The notes: generated by a model not told the origin, from the letters alone. Counted from the first letter of the stretch, positions 35,571 to 46,292 are shown. The stretch: DNA of 64,000 nucleotides from Candidatus Thorarchaeota archaeon (GCA_019057475.1 DXJO01000001.1:1-64000); one strand, 5' to 3'. A program made the numbers and translations.

Positions 35571-37210
35571 CAGATTGCCCCCTTAAACGCACTCTCAGAT
35601 GCTCTCTGTATCACAAGAAAGGCAATGAAGCACACAACCAACAGCAGGAGTGATGCTGCACCGGCCTCCACGAACTTCCTAACTCCAAGGTTCTCGTAGA
35701 TTGCCACCGCCAATGTTACGTTCTGTTCTCTCTTTAGGAATAGAGTCGCTGACATCTCGCCGATTGCCATAGCAAACGCAAAGGCGGCACCCACAAGTAT
35801 CCCCGGCGCCAGTAGTGGTAATTCAACAAAGAAGAGCTTCTGCAATCTGTTCGCCCCCAAGGAGTCTGCTTGCTCTAGAAGAGATGGGTCAATACCTCTC
35901 AGAGAGTTCTCTATCGCTCGAGCCGTGAATGGCACTCCGATGAGTGTCTGTGCTATGATAATCAAAGGCCACGGATTTGCGGCCCAGCCAGTTGGAACTG
36001 CTATGAGACGTAACAATCCATATGCTATTGTAATTGATGAAACTCCCAAAGGCAACAGTATCATTACTGACGTCGAATTTGATAGCAGACCACTCCTTGA
36101 CCTAAGAGAGTATGCTAATGGAATGCCCATGACCACCGAGAAGAGAGTTGCCAAGGTTGCATAGAAGAGAGAGTTGGTTAGAGGCAGAAGTCCTCCCTCA
36201 ACCTCCAGTAGGTGCAAGAAGCCTTTGAGAGTGTACTGCCCAGTCACTGGGTCGAATACTGCGGAATCTATAACCGCAATCATAGGACCTACCACAATCA
36301 CACCAATCAGAAGAGCGTACAGGATTCCGGTCAATAAACCGGGCGCTGACAGTTCTGTAATGGGGATTGTTTTGATGAATGAGGTCTGTCCAGCATCTCT
36401 CTTGTCTGATCGAATGGCTGCGGTGTATGCTATGGCTAGCGCCATTAAAATTAGGATTTGAATCACTGCAATCGAGCTTGTCATGCCAAAATCAAATGAA
36501 CTGAAAGCATAGTAGATTAGAACCTCCAAGGTCATGTAGCGTCCTTGTCCAAGAGCAAGTACTATCGGAAACGACATGAAACAGAAGAGGAACGTGAGGA
36601 TTGCAGCGCTTAGGAGTGAGGGCATTATGTGCGGAAGAACGATTCTACGAAGACTCTGAATGCTTGAGGCTCCCAGCAACTCAGCTGTATCCTCAATATC
36701 GGGGTCCAATCTCTCAAGAGCTGCAGAAACCAAGAGAATCACAAGAGGTATGTTGTAGAATGCATGCGCCAAGACGATTCCGGGCACACCTGCTGCGAAG
36801 TTCACGACCGACTCAGTTGAGCCTGTCAACGCCATGGCGACTGAATCCACAAATCCATACGAGCCGAACATTCTGAGGAAACCTACAACCACGACAATCG
36901 GGGGGAGTATGAATGGTAGGATTACTGCCGCCCGCACAGCTTGTTTTCCTTTGAACTCAAGACGTGCGAGTAAGAAAGCTCCCGGAAGACCCAGAACGAC
37001 TGCGAGAATTGTGCTCGCAGCCGCTTGGAGAAATGTGAACCACAGCGTTGCGTGTGTGACTTGTGAACTCATAACCTCTTGAAATGAAGACCCAGGGCCG
37101 ACCACTAGCCCCAGAATCAGTACGCCGAGTACGGGGTAAACCAAGAAACCCATTAGCAACAGAAGCGGGAGCGCCATTATCACATATGTTGCCGTTGAGC
37201 CGTTTCTCAT
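35570..37210 (-). CDS. thiP: ABC transporter permease, duplicated (ThiP/FbpB type)
   Basis: Two EAA-like loops (EDTAELLGAS, EQADSLGAN); LAHAFYNIP. Confidence 0.85.
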   Translation of the reverse strand: MRNGSTATYVIMALPLLLLMGFLVYPVLGVLILGLVVGPGSSFQEVMSSQVTHATLWFTFLQAAASTILAVVLGLPGAFLLARLEFKGKQAVRAAVILPFILPPIVVVVGFLRMFGSYGFVDSVAMALTGSTESVVNFAAGVPGIVLAHAFYNIPLVILLVSAALERLDPDIEDTAELLGASSIQSLRRIVLPHIMPSLLSAAILTFLFCFMSFPIVLALGQGRYMTLEVLIYYAFSSFDFGMTSSIAVIQILILMALAIAYTAAIRSDKRDAGQTSFIKTIPITELSAPGLLTGILYALLIGVIVVGPMIAVIDSAVFDPVTGQYTLKGFLHLLEVEGGLLPLTNSLFYATLATLFSVVMGIPLAYSLRSRSGLLSNSTSVMILLPLGVSSITIAYGLLRLIAVPTGWAANPWPLIIIAQTLIGVPFTARAIENSLRGIDPSLLEQADSLGANRLQKLFFVELPLLAPGILVGAAFAFAMAIGEMSATLFLKREQNVTLAVAIYENLGVRKFVEAGAASLLLLVVCFIAFLVIQRASESAFKGAI

Positions 37211-37224
37211 GTGCGAGTTTCCGC

Positions 37225-38349
37225 CTATCCTCTTATGATATCGTTCCACTCTGATTTCCAAGATGCAAGATTTTCCGCTATTTCAGTTTGGTTAAGCAGT
37301 TCGTTTAGGAGGATGACCTCATCTGGTTTCAGAGCGTAATCAAACGCGGAATCCAGCTCGACGTTCATATTGGCTGGAAACATCCATTGGTTGAGAGCGA
37401 CGTACATCTGCACGGCTGGCGACAGGCAGTATTCGATGAAGAGCTTCGCGAGTTCAGGGTTAGGCCCATTCTTCACAAGTCCCATGCCCTCAACTTGCAT
37501 CCACGCGTAGTGCTCTCCGTTGTAGTAGATGGGCGCAGTGCCAACATCCGGCTCCGTTTGGGTGTAGTAGGCTGAATACGCAGGATCCGTTCCGTAGCTG
37601 ACCATCATGTGTTTTGTCGGGTCAGTGTACCAGCGTGCCCACGCCTCTGACCAGCCCGGTTGTATATCGATGTCATTCTTGACGTCTGACCACCAATCTG
37701 TCCAATCTGTGCCAAGCAGCTTCTCATGGACTGCTATCTCCGTTAAGAGGAAGGCAAGTCCGGGGCTGCTTAGGTACGGGTCTTCTGTAACCAATGCGCG
37801 AGCCATTGCAGGGCGGGCCAGATCCGCGAAGGTGAGATTCGCCAATTCCGGGTGTGTTGTTGTATTCATATCTGCCATGGAGTAGATGATTGTCACAAGT
37901 CCGAAATCGAAAGGTACGACATAGTGCTCAGGATCAAGTGCTGAAACTATGGAGTCATCAATCAATGATAAGTTGATGGGCGTGTAAGGCGCCAAGACGC
38001 TCTTCGCCGCCTCTTCTAGAATCAGTATGTTGTCGATACCTATGACCACATCAGCGATTGGGTTCGCTGATTCCGCCTCCAGAATGGCAACTAGTGTGTT
38101 GGCGTCATCCGCACGTCTATCTATAACAACATCAACGCCGTACTTTTCCTCGAACGGGCCAAAGAAATCCGTGTCATTATTGTCCCCCCAATCCATGAAA
38201 CTCCCGTATGTGTAGACAGTCAGGGTCCTCTGTTGAAACGGGTTGAACATGATTGCGGCGGCAGCTGCTATGATGATGACCACAACGACCGCAGCGGCTG
38301 TGATTACTTTTTTCGGGTCGCGTCTGGAGGGGTACTCAGTCATTTCCAT
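37225..38349 (-). CDS. thiB: Thiamine ABC transporter substrate-binding protein
   Basis: LTVYTYGSF, ADVVIGIDN, SSPGLAFL, SYGTDPAY, QVEG, QWMFPA. Confidence 0.88.
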   Translation of the reverse strand: MEMTEYPSRRDPKKVITAAAVVVVIIIAAAAAIMFNPFQQRTLTVYTYGSFMDWGDNNDTDFFGPFEEKYGVDVVIDRRADDANTLVAILEAESANPIADVVIGIDNILILEEAAKSVLAPYTPINLSLIDDSIVSALDPEHYVVPFDFGLVTIIYSMADMNTTTHPELANLTFADLARPAMARALVTEDPYLSSPGLAFLLTEIAVHEKLLGTDWTDWWSDVKNDIDIQPGWSEAWARWYTDPTKHMMVSYGTDPAYSAYYTQTEPDVGTAPIYYNGEHYAWMQVEGMGLVKNGPNPELAKLFIEYCLSPAVQMYVALNQWMFPANMNVELDSAFDYALKPDEVILLNELLNQTEIAENLASWKSEWNDIIRG

Positions 38350-38355
38350 CGCCTT

Positions 38356-38383
38356 TATATTGCTGTTATACAACTGCGTTATA
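38356..38383. promoter_or_regulatory. Candidate ThiR operator: two overlapping degenerate TATAAC-N3-GTTATA palindromes
   Basis: TATATT-GCT-GTTATA (38356-38370) and TACAAC-TGC-GTTATA (38369-38383) in the divergent thiB/thiR gap. Confidence 0.55.
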
Positions 38384-38424
38384 GAACGCTACCCAGATAA
38401 ATAGTTTCTCTTGAGGTTGAAACC

Positions 38425-39351
38425 GTGAGACCCCCCTGTGAGATGGTGCAGAGAGAGTTCCTTCCGTCTGTGAGGACACAGTTAGCAAGAGAGCTTAGCC
38501 AGAGAGGCCTCTCTCAAAGTGAGATTGCACGGAGAATGAGCATCACACAAGCGGCTGTGAGCAAATACCTGAGCCAACCTAAGGCGAAGAGTGCACCCAT
38601 TGATGAGGTTTCATCATTGGCCTGCAAGTTGGCTGAGATGGCACTGTCAGACGAATTCTCAGCCGCTGATAAGATTAAGGCGATTTGTTCCACGTGTATG
38701 TTGCTACGAATTGGTTCTCATATTTGTGAAAGTCACAAAAAGCGATTCAATGAGCTGAAAGAGATCGATTGTCAGATTTGTGCTGAGCTGCTGGGAGGGA
38801 CTGAACCTAGGTTCTCAGGACGAGCGCGTGTTATTGGCGACATGGCAGCTGCAGTTCTTGTGATAGAACAAGTGACCGGGTTTGATCGAATCATGCCTCA
38901 AGTGCGAGCGAACATAGTTGCGTGTGATGAAACCGCAAAATCGATTGATGATGTTGCAGGCGTGCCAGGAAGGATAACGATGGTGGGAGGACGGGCGCGC
39001 GTTCTTTCTGGACCTCGATTTGGAACATCTGCTCACACCGCAGAGCTGCTTCTGTGGGCGAAGAGTTCTTGGGCAAGGGTGCGGGCTTGCCTGTGTGTGA
39101 GTGGAAATGAAAACGTAGTTCAGGCTGCCGAGTCTAACGGGTTCAAGGTTCTCAGACTCAAGAGTCCTGCAGTTGATCCAAAGCGTATCTCAAGCGCAGC
39201 CACTCGTCTTGTCAAGGCACAGAAGCGAGTTCCGCGATTGCCAGCGCTCCATGTTCCCGGCGGCGTTGGTGTTGAGCCTATCCTCTATCTATTCGGAAAG
39301 GATGCGATTTCTCTTGCTAATCATTGCGTTGATCTTATTGAGGCTCTCTAG
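38425..39351 (+). CDS. thiR: HTH plus ThiN-like domain thiamine regulator (ThiR type)
   Basis: MRPPCE...LPSVR, SQSEIARRMSITQAAVSKYL HTH; PQVRANI, VAGVPGRI, GGVGVEPILYLFG; divergent from thiBPQ. Confidence 0.8.
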   Translation: MRPPCEMVQREFLPSVRTQLARELSQRGLSQSEIARRMSITQAAVSKYLSQPKAKSAPIDEVSSLACKLAEMALSDEFSAADKIKAICSTCMLLRIGSHICESHKKRFNELKEIDCQICAELLGGTEPRFSGRARVIGDMAAAVLVIEQVTGFDRIMPQVRANIVACDETAKSIDDVAGVPGRITMVGGRARVLSGPRFGTSAHTAELLLWAKSSWARVRACLCVSGNENVVQAAESNGFKVLRLKSPAVDPKRISSAATRLVKAQKRVPRLPALHVPGGVGVEPILYLFGKDAISLANHCVDLIEAL

Positions 39352-39445
39352 GGTAGATTGATGATTCACATTCAAACCTGTGTTACACAGCCTTATTTTG
39401 CGACTCCAGCACTGGAGCCTTGTACACTTCCAAGGGAGTTCATCA

Positions 39446-40294
39446 ATGCTAACTATCCGACAGGGCGGCATGCGCGATTGCAAAGATCTCCTAGACGTAT
39501 TCATGAGCACACATTGGACTAAGAAATACACCACTGTTGAGCAAGTGAAGTCAGCCCATCGAGGGATTGCCTTCCAAAAATGGGGCTGGCTAGTAGCTGA
39601 AGTGAAAGACCGTGTTGTTGGTGAAGTTCTATTCCGTGTTGAGAAGAATCCCGTGGTTGGACGGATTGGCATCATAACTGACATAGGAGTCGATGTACGG
39701 TATCAGAAGAAAGGGATTGGTACGAAGCTGGTGGCAGCTGCCGAGAGCGCACTCAAAGACAAGAAGGCTAGTCGTTTGGTTGCTACTTCGCCTCCAGATG
39801 TTTACAACTTCTGGATGAAGATGAAATGGTTCGCAAGGGGTTCTTTGATGGATATTGAGGCTTCGCCCTCGAAGATACCTATCAAGAATACAACAAAAGT
39901 TCGCACGATGTGTCTTGAGAATGTCACGAAGCTCCCGAAGTCAATGCTGTTTTCCAATGTAGCATATCCCGGTTTGCTTGCAGAAACCGCAAGCGCAGTC
40001 GTTGATGGTGGACGACGGGGTGAGCTTTTCGAGTTCTATTCTGAGGACGCTCTCGTCGGCGTGGGCGTCTGCGCAGACTACGGGGACAGGACAGCCATGT
40101 TTGTGGCAGACATCACTGTGAGTGGGGCGCAGTACTTTGATGTTATCATATCTCGAATTGCTAGAGTAGCCCTTCAGTTGAAGGCGCGAACTGTTACATC
40201 GACAATCCCAAGCGACAAGGTCCAATCCTATGGGGGCCGCACTCATTGGTCTTCTCGCCTTGCTAGAAACATCCCAATCACGAAACTAATCTGA
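39446..40294 (+). CDS. GNAT-family acetyltransferase
   Basis: IGVDVRYQKKGIGTKLV acetyl-CoA motif. Confidence 0.8.
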   Translation: MLTIRQGGMRDCKDLLDVFMSTHWTKKYTTVEQVKSAHRGIAFQKWGWLVAEVKDRVVGEVLFRVEKNPVVGRIGIITDIGVDVRYQKKGIGTKLVAAAESALKDKKASRLVATSPPDVYNFWMKMKWFARGSLMDIEASPSKIPIKNTTKVRTMCLENVTKLPKSMLFSNVAYPGLLAETASAVVDGGRRGELFEFYSEDALVGVGVCADYGDRTAMFVADITVSGAQYFDVIISRIARVALQLKARTVTSTIPSDKVQSYGGRTHWSSRLARNIPITKLI

Positions 40295-41857
40295 TTCGTC
40301 TATCACAAATGGAATTGTCCAGTTTGCAAAGATAAGCGCAATACCAATTGCCCAGATACTGCTCAGATTGAAATGCCACACCATCAATGGATATGTTGTC
40401 ACACCAAGAGCGAGAAATACCACTGCAATCACGATAATGAAGATCAAGTCCACGATTAGGACTGGCTTGATTGGTTGACCATTCTTCTTACGCAGTATAG
40501 GTATGAAAGCAGCAATTCCAAGGAGAAGAAGCAAACTACCAATCTCCTCAATCCGGATTGAAGCAAAACCGAATTTCTTCTCGACCTCTCCTTTCTCTCC
40601 TTCATCGGTGGTGATGACAACCTTAACATCGTGCTCGAACTTTGTGTAATTGCCCACATCAATGAGGAAAGTGTTCTGGCCGGCTGTTACTGTGATGCTC
40701 ACGAGACCAGCAACTTCATCTCCATCAACATAAACAGTCATATTGACTGTGTCCCAAGTCGTGGTGATGTTCACCGTGAACTCAGTAAGACCCACAACCA
40801 TCTGCTCTGAGCCAATGAATTCTACAATAGGCACACCGTGATTGTCTACAACAAGAGCCAACAAGGTTTCGTATTTGTGTCCCAACTGATCATAGGCCTT
40901 GAACGTGAAGTTGTGCTCTCCCTCTGAGTAACCAGTTGTATTGAGGTAGAAGGCTGACCTTCCCGCGGGAACCGTGATATTTGCTACATCGGGGGCTATT
41001 ATGTCATCAACAAGTACTGAAAATGTTACATTTTCGAAAGGAGTTTCCACAACAACCTCGACCTCAGCATTTCCTGAAATCGCGTCATAGTGTGCAAGAC
41101 CTCTCACAAAGAAGAATACATAGTCGAGGAAGTAATAGCTTCTTGTTATCGAAACCTCAAGCCCTTCTTCGGTGTATATCGCAATCCCAATATCGAAGAT
41201 GCCGTTTTCGTAGCGACTACAATTGATAGTCAGGTTCCTCAGTCCCACGGAAACCAGGGTTTGATTGTATTCCTGTGTTATCTCATCATTGACAGTGACG
41301 TTAACAAAGACTTGAGAATAGTCTGACGAGACGTTGACTAACAGGTCTGAAAGGCCCGTAAGCGTAGAATCCGCTTCCGGCCCTATCAATTCAAGAGTCG
41401 GTGGGCCATGGTTATCGACGGTGAACACCAATGTGTAGCTCTCTCTATCTGGTGGCGTAAAGGTTTCATTCTCAAACAGCATGGTGAAGTTTAGTTTCCC
41501 CTCAGACAAGATTGTCGTGTTTACCGTGATGTTGTTTAATCCGGTGCCTATGAGGGTCTGATTGTAGTCAGCATGGATCTCTCCCTCTATGAATAGGGTG
41601 AGATTTAATGGACCATTGACAGAGGTGATATTGACTGTCATATTGAACGTACCAGACACGGTGCTTTGGTTTGCTATGTTTGAGAGAGTAATGGAGATAT
41701 TCTTTGATTCAAAGCCCGCCCTAATCATTGACTGTGATGAGAATCCAATTCCAGTTAGACCTTCAGTGTCCGACTCTGCCAAAGGCTGCATTCGGATTGA
41801 TCCAACGATCAATGCTGATATAATTATGAGCGCTAGTAGTGTACTTGTCTTTCTCAT
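40286..41857 (-). CDS. Cell-surface protein with signal peptide, about four Ig-like repeats and three C-terminal TM helices
   Basis: Repeated V..DNHG.P, NTT..SEG motifs; many N-x-S/T sequons. Confidence 0.75.
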   Translation of the reverse strand: MRKTSTLLALIIISALIVGSIRMQPLAESDTEGLTGIGFSSQSMIRAGFESKNISITLSNIANQSTVSGTFNMTVNITSVNGPLNLTLFIEGEIHADYNQTLIGTGLNNITVNTTILSEGKLNFTMLFENETFTPPDRESYTLVFTVDNHGPPTLELIGPEADSTLTGLSDLLVNVSSDYSQVFVNVTVNDEITQEYNQTLVSVGLRNLTINCSRYENGIFDIGIAIYTEEGLEVSITRSYYFLDYVFFFVRGLAHYDAISGNAEVEVVVETPFENVTFSVLVDDIIAPDVANITVPAGRSAFYLNTTGYSEGEHNFTFKAYDQLGHKYETLLALVVDNHGVPIVEFIGSEQMVVGLTEFTVNITTTWDTVNMTVYVDGDEVAGLVSITVTAGQNTFLIDVGNYTKFEHDVKVVITTDEGEKGEVEKKFGFASIRIEEIGSLLLLLGIAAFIPILRKKNGQPIKPVLIVDLIFIIVIAVVFLALGVTTYPLMVWHFNLSSIWAIGIALIFANWTIPFVIDESD

Positions 41858-42013
41858 CGTAGAGCCTTCCTGACAAACAGTGACCTGAAGTCGGGCCGTT
41901 GGGCCAGAGTTCTGAGTCCGTTTTTAAAGATAGCGCCAGTTTCATAGTCGTACAACTATATTGTTATAGGGCACTAGTCACGGAATTTATCGAACTCAAC
42001 CGTGGTGTAGCAG

Positions 42014-44416
42014 ATGACTGTTGGCAACGATGAAGCAGCTTCCATAGATGTATGGTCGCATTCCAAGAAGCTCTCTTCAAGAGTGAAGAAGCTGCGGGGA
42101 CAATTCTACTCCTTTGATGAACGAACTGAAACGAACGAGCCTTACGCGTTCTCAACAGGGACTCCCTGGGACCACGTGTACTCATTCCATGATTGGGCAA
42201 ACGAGCCAGCCTTCTACATATTTCGGGCATCTATTAGGGAATCCCTCAGCGCTATGGCAGTTGACCTCGAACTACCCGATGATTTCTGGGATCACACACT
42301 GCCAATGCGCAGAGCTATTGTGTTCCATGAAGCAATGACGCACTACATGCCCACTCTCATCCTCGATGGTGAGATGATAGTAGGCTTTCATTTCAATACG
42401 GCTCTCTCAAGGGCATTGAATAAGAGAGAGGCGAAAAAACGGAATAAGGAGATGAATAAGTGGTTCAAGAAGGCCAGCCGTCTCAACGAGTTCGGCGTGG
42501 GGACTGCAAGTGCCACTCCTGGACACATCATTCCCAACTACGCGAAGGTCCTTCGAGTGGGTTTCCGTGGTTTGGTGGATGAGTACGAGAATATACTGAA
42601 ACAGCCAATCTCCTCTGAACACAGGGAGTTCGTTAAGGCACTTATTCTAACATGCAAAACGGCACGTGCTGTCAACCGGAGATATGCCAAGGAATCTCAA
42701 AAATTAGCTGGGGTCGAGTCCGATTCGCTGCGCAAGGAGGAGCTTGAGGAGATCGCACGCATCTGCAACAAAGTACCTTGGGAGCCTGCGGAGACCTTCT
42801 GGGAAGCTTTGCAGTCACTATGGACAACCCACATGCTCGTGATGGCCGCGGAATCTTATCCTGGTGCAGGACTCTCACATGGCAGATGGGACCAGTACAT
42901 GTATCCCTACTACCGTGCAACCATCGAATCCGGAGAGATGACTCGCGAAGAGGCCAAGGAGCTAATGGAGTGCTACTGGATAAAGCACAACTATGTGTAT
43001 GACTTCCAAGGAAGCCTCGGAATTAACCAAGGAATCAACTCTGGTTTCGGACAGCTAATAACTCTGAGTGGTTGTGGACCGAATGGCGAAGATATGACAA
43101 ATGACTTGACCTGGCTTGCTCTTGAGGTAATCGATGAGATGAATCTTCTCGAGCCCAAACCTAACATCCGCTTGCACAAGAATACTCCACAGGAGTTCCT
43201 TCTGCGCGTCGCTGAGATGGTCGCAAAGGCTCAGGGTTCACCGTTCCTCATGAACTTCGATGAACACAGCATTGAAGGAATGGTCTGGCAAGGGGTACCA
43301 CGAGAAGAGGCTTGGGATTACGGTATTGTTGGCTGTCTTGAGAACACAATGCAAGGGAACGATCGATCTGGAACTGTGGACGTAAACATCAACCTTGCCA
43401 AGGCTGTTGAGCTTGCGCTGAATAATGGCAAGGATGTTGCTACGGGAAAGCAGGTGGGTCCCAAGACTGGTGATCCATTGAAGTTTACATCTTTTGAAGA
43501 CTTCATGGCAGCAGTGAAGAAACAGCTGGCCCACACAGTCAAACTTCTGATTGACTGCGGCAACATGGCTGATACGCTTCGGGCGAAGTATCAGCCAGTT
43601 CCATATCTGAGTGCTCTCATGGATGGCTGTGCCGCGCGCGGGAGGGATGTAAACCAAGGTGGAACGGACTGGAACTTCATAACATTGGAAGGAATGGGCA
43701 TCGCTACTTTGACAGACTCAGTCGCTGCAGTCAAGAAGATGGTCTATGAAGATAAACGTCTAACGATGGAGCATCTACTCAAGGCACTTGAGGCTAATTT
43801 TGAAGGCTTTGAGGAAACACGGCAACTCTTGAAGTCGAAGGCTCCTAGATTCGGCAATGATGATGACTACGCAGACTCGATTGCACAAGAGCTTACAACG
43901 TTTTGGGCTGAAGAAACCTTCAAGCGCAGTAATCCCTATACTGGTCGGAGATACCGTGCTGGCTATCTTAGCTGGAACTACTACATCCCTCTTGCTCCTT
44001 TGACTGCCGCTACTCCGGATGGGCGTCGCCGAGGCGAATTTCTCTCTGGTGGCGTTGGCGCCGTTCAGGGGATGGACACGAGGGGTCCCACCGCATCAAT
44101 ACAATCTGTGGGCAAGCTAGGTCTCGAAGTGGTTCCGAATGGTGCATCTCATACAATTACAATCAGTCCCTCCATGGTCCAAACCCGCGAGCATATTGAA
44201 AAGCTGGCTGCGCTCCTAAGAGCGTACAACGAAGTAGGTGGCACAGCGCTGCAAATCAACGTTATCGATGCAGAAACTCTTAGGGATGCACAGAAGAACC
44301 CTGACCAGTATTCAAATCTGCTAATCCGCGTGACTGGATACAATGCTTTCTTCACTCAAATAGGACGAGAGCTTCAAGCGGAAATCATTGCGAGAACGGA
44401 GCATACTGTGCAATGA
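42014..44416 (+). CDS. Glycyl-radical enzyme (PFL-like superfamily, substrate unknown)
   Basis: VGCLE active-site loop; LIRVTGYNAFF glycyl-radical motif; ATPDGRRRGEFLS. Confidence 0.93.
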   Translation: MTVGNDEAASIDVWSHSKKLSSRVKKLRGQFYSFDERTETNEPYAFSTGTPWDHVYSFHDWANEPAFYIFRASIRESLSAMAVDLELPDDFWDHTLPMRRAIVFHEAMTHYMPTLILDGEMIVGFHFNTALSRALNKREAKKRNKEMNKWFKKASRLNEFGVGTASATPGHIIPNYAKVLRVGFRGLVDEYENILKQPISSEHREFVKALILTCKTARAVNRRYAKESQKLAGVESDSLRKEELEEIARICNKVPWEPAETFWEALQSLWTTHMLVMAAESYPGAGLSHGRWDQYMYPYYRATIESGEMTREEAKELMECYWIKHNYVYDFQGSLGINQGINSGFGQLITLSGCGPNGEDMTNDLTWLALEVIDEMNLLEPKPNIRLHKNTPQEFLLRVAEMVAKAQGSPFLMNFDEHSIEGMVWQGVPREEAWDYGIVGCLENTMQGNDRSGTVDVNINLAKAVELALNNGKDVATGKQVGPKTGDPLKFTSFEDFMAAVKKQLAHTVKLLIDCGNMADTLRAKYQPVPYLSALMDGCAARGRDVNQGGTDWNFITLEGMGIATLTDSVAAVKKMVYEDKRLTMEHLLKALEANFEGFEETRQLLKSKAPRFGNDDDYADSIAQELTTFWAEETFKRSNPYTGRRYRAGYLSWNYYIPLAPLTAATPDGRRRGEFLSGGVGAVQGMDTRGPTASIQSVGKLGLEVVPNGASHTITISPSMVQTREHIEKLAALLRAYNEVGGTALQINVIDAETLRDAQKNPDQYSNLLIRVTGYNAFFTQIGRELQAEIIARTEHTVQ

Positions 44417-45396
44417 CTACAACAAGTGGTATCATTACCAATATCCAAAGATGCTCCACGGAGGACGGTCCAGGTATTAGGACAACTGTCTTCATGAAGG
44501 GCTGTCCCCTTCGCTGTAGCTGGTGTCACAATATCGAAACAATCAATGCTGAACCGCAGATTGTCTGGTATGCTTCGAAGTGCATCGGGGATGAAGCGTG
44601 TATCGAAGCTTGCTTGCAGGAGGTTCTACAGCTCACACCTGAAGGTATGCAGATTAGCCGCGCGAATTGCATTGCGTGTGGAAGTTGTGTGAGTGCTTGC
44701 CCCACGGGCGCGATTAAACTAATGGGCGAAACTTGGGATGCCACTGCATTAGTTGAGGAGCTCATCCGTGACAAAACGTTCTTTGAAACCTCTGGCGGCG
44801 GTGTAACGATATCCGGAGGGGAACCCGCTTACCAGGCTGACTTCGTCACAGAAATAGCTTCAGGTCTAAGAGAGAAAGGCATCCATGTTGCCTTGGATAC
44901 CTGCGGATACTGCAGCGAGAATGTGATGGAGAAAATGCTTGAACATGTTGACATGGTGCTGTACGATCTGAAGCAAATGGATCCAGCGAAGCATGAGGAG
45001 TACACCGGTGTACCATTGGAAAAAGTACTGCAAAACGCTCGCCAAGTAGCATCAAGCGGAAAAACCATGTGGGTTCGAACTCCCGTCATTCCTGGTCACA
45101 CTGAAAGCACAGATAATATCCGTGCCATCGCAGATTTCATTGTCAAGGAGTTGCCCAATGCAGAACGATACGATCTTCTCGCGTTCAACAAGATGTGCCT
45201 TGACAAGTACGCACTGTTTGGCCTTGAGTACCCCTTGAAGGATTATGACCTAATGAGCGAGGACGCAATGAGCAAGCTCTGTTCAATCGCTACAGATCGG
45301 GGTGTGTCGAACGTACACTGGTCCGGAATGACAAAGCATGAGTCCGGTAAGAAATCGATGACTATTCCAAACAAGGAGGTCAATCGCTGTGGTTGA
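44413..45396 (+). CDS. Glycyl-radical activating enzyme (radical SAM, ferredoxin insert)
   Basis: DGPGIRTTVFMKGCPLRCSWCHN; CIACGSCVSACP; GGVTISGGEP; ATGA overlap with the GRE gene. Confidence 0.95.
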   Translation: MTTTSGIITNIQRCSTEDGPGIRTTVFMKGCPLRCSWCHNIETINAEPQIVWYASKCIGDEACIEACLQEVLQLTPEGMQISRANCIACGSCVSACPTGAIKLMGETWDATALVEELIRDKTFFETSGGGVTISGGEPAYQADFVTEIASGLREKGIHVALDTCGYCSENVMEKMLEHVDMVLYDLKQMDPAKHEEYTGVPLEKVLQNARQVASSGKTMWVRTPVIPGHTESTDNIRAIADFIVKELPNAERYDLLAFNKMCLDKYALFGLEYPLKDYDLMSEDAMSKLCSIATDRGVSNVHWSGMTKHESGKKSMTIPNKEVNRCG

Positions 45397-46216
45397 AATA
45401 CTGTCCGAAGAGCTAGTTGAAACATTGAAACCTCTTTTGAACCCCAAGTTTATGGCGACCAAAGATAACACTGGCGAGCCCAATATTGCTCTAGTCCTGT
45501 CGTGGACTATATACTCCGACGGTAAGAGGCTCGTTTACGGCGAGTTCATGAATAATAAGACTAGAAAAAATCTTGAGGCCGGCAATAATGAGATTGGACT
45601 TCTAGTGATGAATACTGACCTTGATAATTGGATGATTCGGGCTGATTTCGAGTCGTATCACAGGAATGACGAAATCTACGAGTTCATGGTAATGACGCCG
45701 CTCTTCAAATACAATCAGTATACAAGTGCACGTTCGGTTGGCGTGGCACACCCTCTATGGTCCAGTCCCAACTATAGATTCTCAAAGCCGTCAGTCTTGT
45801 CGTCATACGTCAAGGCGAAGCTAGCCGCTAGAAAGATTCCGACAGCTAAGACCGATGAAGGCAACATGCCTAGGAATGTCATGGAGCGTTTCAGCCGGAT
45901 GGTAGCAGTAAAGGCGATTGCATTTGTGGAGGATGATGGCTATCTCTCGTTGTTCCCTTCATTTGGCATTGTCCCGGTATCTTCGAATCGACTTGTTGTG
46001 CATAGAAGCGAGGAGAAACGAAGGGGATTTGAACTCAAGGATGATCAACGAGTAGCAGTATCACTCGCTACACTTGAACCGGCAGCATTTCAAGTGAAGG
46101 GTACGTTTAGAGTGATTAGTGATAGCGTTGGCGTTATTGATCTAGACCGAGTTTATGCCTGTTCACTTCCTCGACCGGGCGTGAGGGTGGATCTTCCAAT
46201 GTTAGAGCGGGTTTAG
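45389..46216 (+). CDS. Tandem FMN-binding split-barrel (pyridoxamine 5'-phosphate oxidase-like) protein
   Basis: KFMATKDNTGEPNIA...NKTRKNLEAG; second repeat VKAIAFVEDDG...AFQVKG. Confidence 0.7.
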   Translation: MVEILSEELVETLKPLLNPKFMATKDNTGEPNIALVLSWTIYSDGKRLVYGEFMNNKTRKNLEAGNNEIGLLVMNTDLDNWMIRADFESYHRNDEIYEFMVMTPLFKYNQYTSARSVGVAHPLWSSPNYRFSKPSVLSSYVKAKLAARKIPTAKTDEGNMPRNVMERFSRMVAVKAIAFVEDDGYLSLFPSFGIVPVSSNRLVVHRSEEKRRGFELKDDQRVAVSLATLEPAAFQVKGTFRVISDSVGVIDLDRVYACSLPRPGVRVDLPMLERV

Positions 46217-46292
46217 CTACTTGACATGAGAGCTTCGTCACACAGCAATCCTTTTTTGTCTGGCCAAATGGCACGCGAGCGGAGGTTCTCTC

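Noticed and set aside
42014-44416. Pyruvate formate-lyase (pflB) assignment
   Set aside because: Lacks the adjacent Cys-Cys active-site pair; has GCLE instead.
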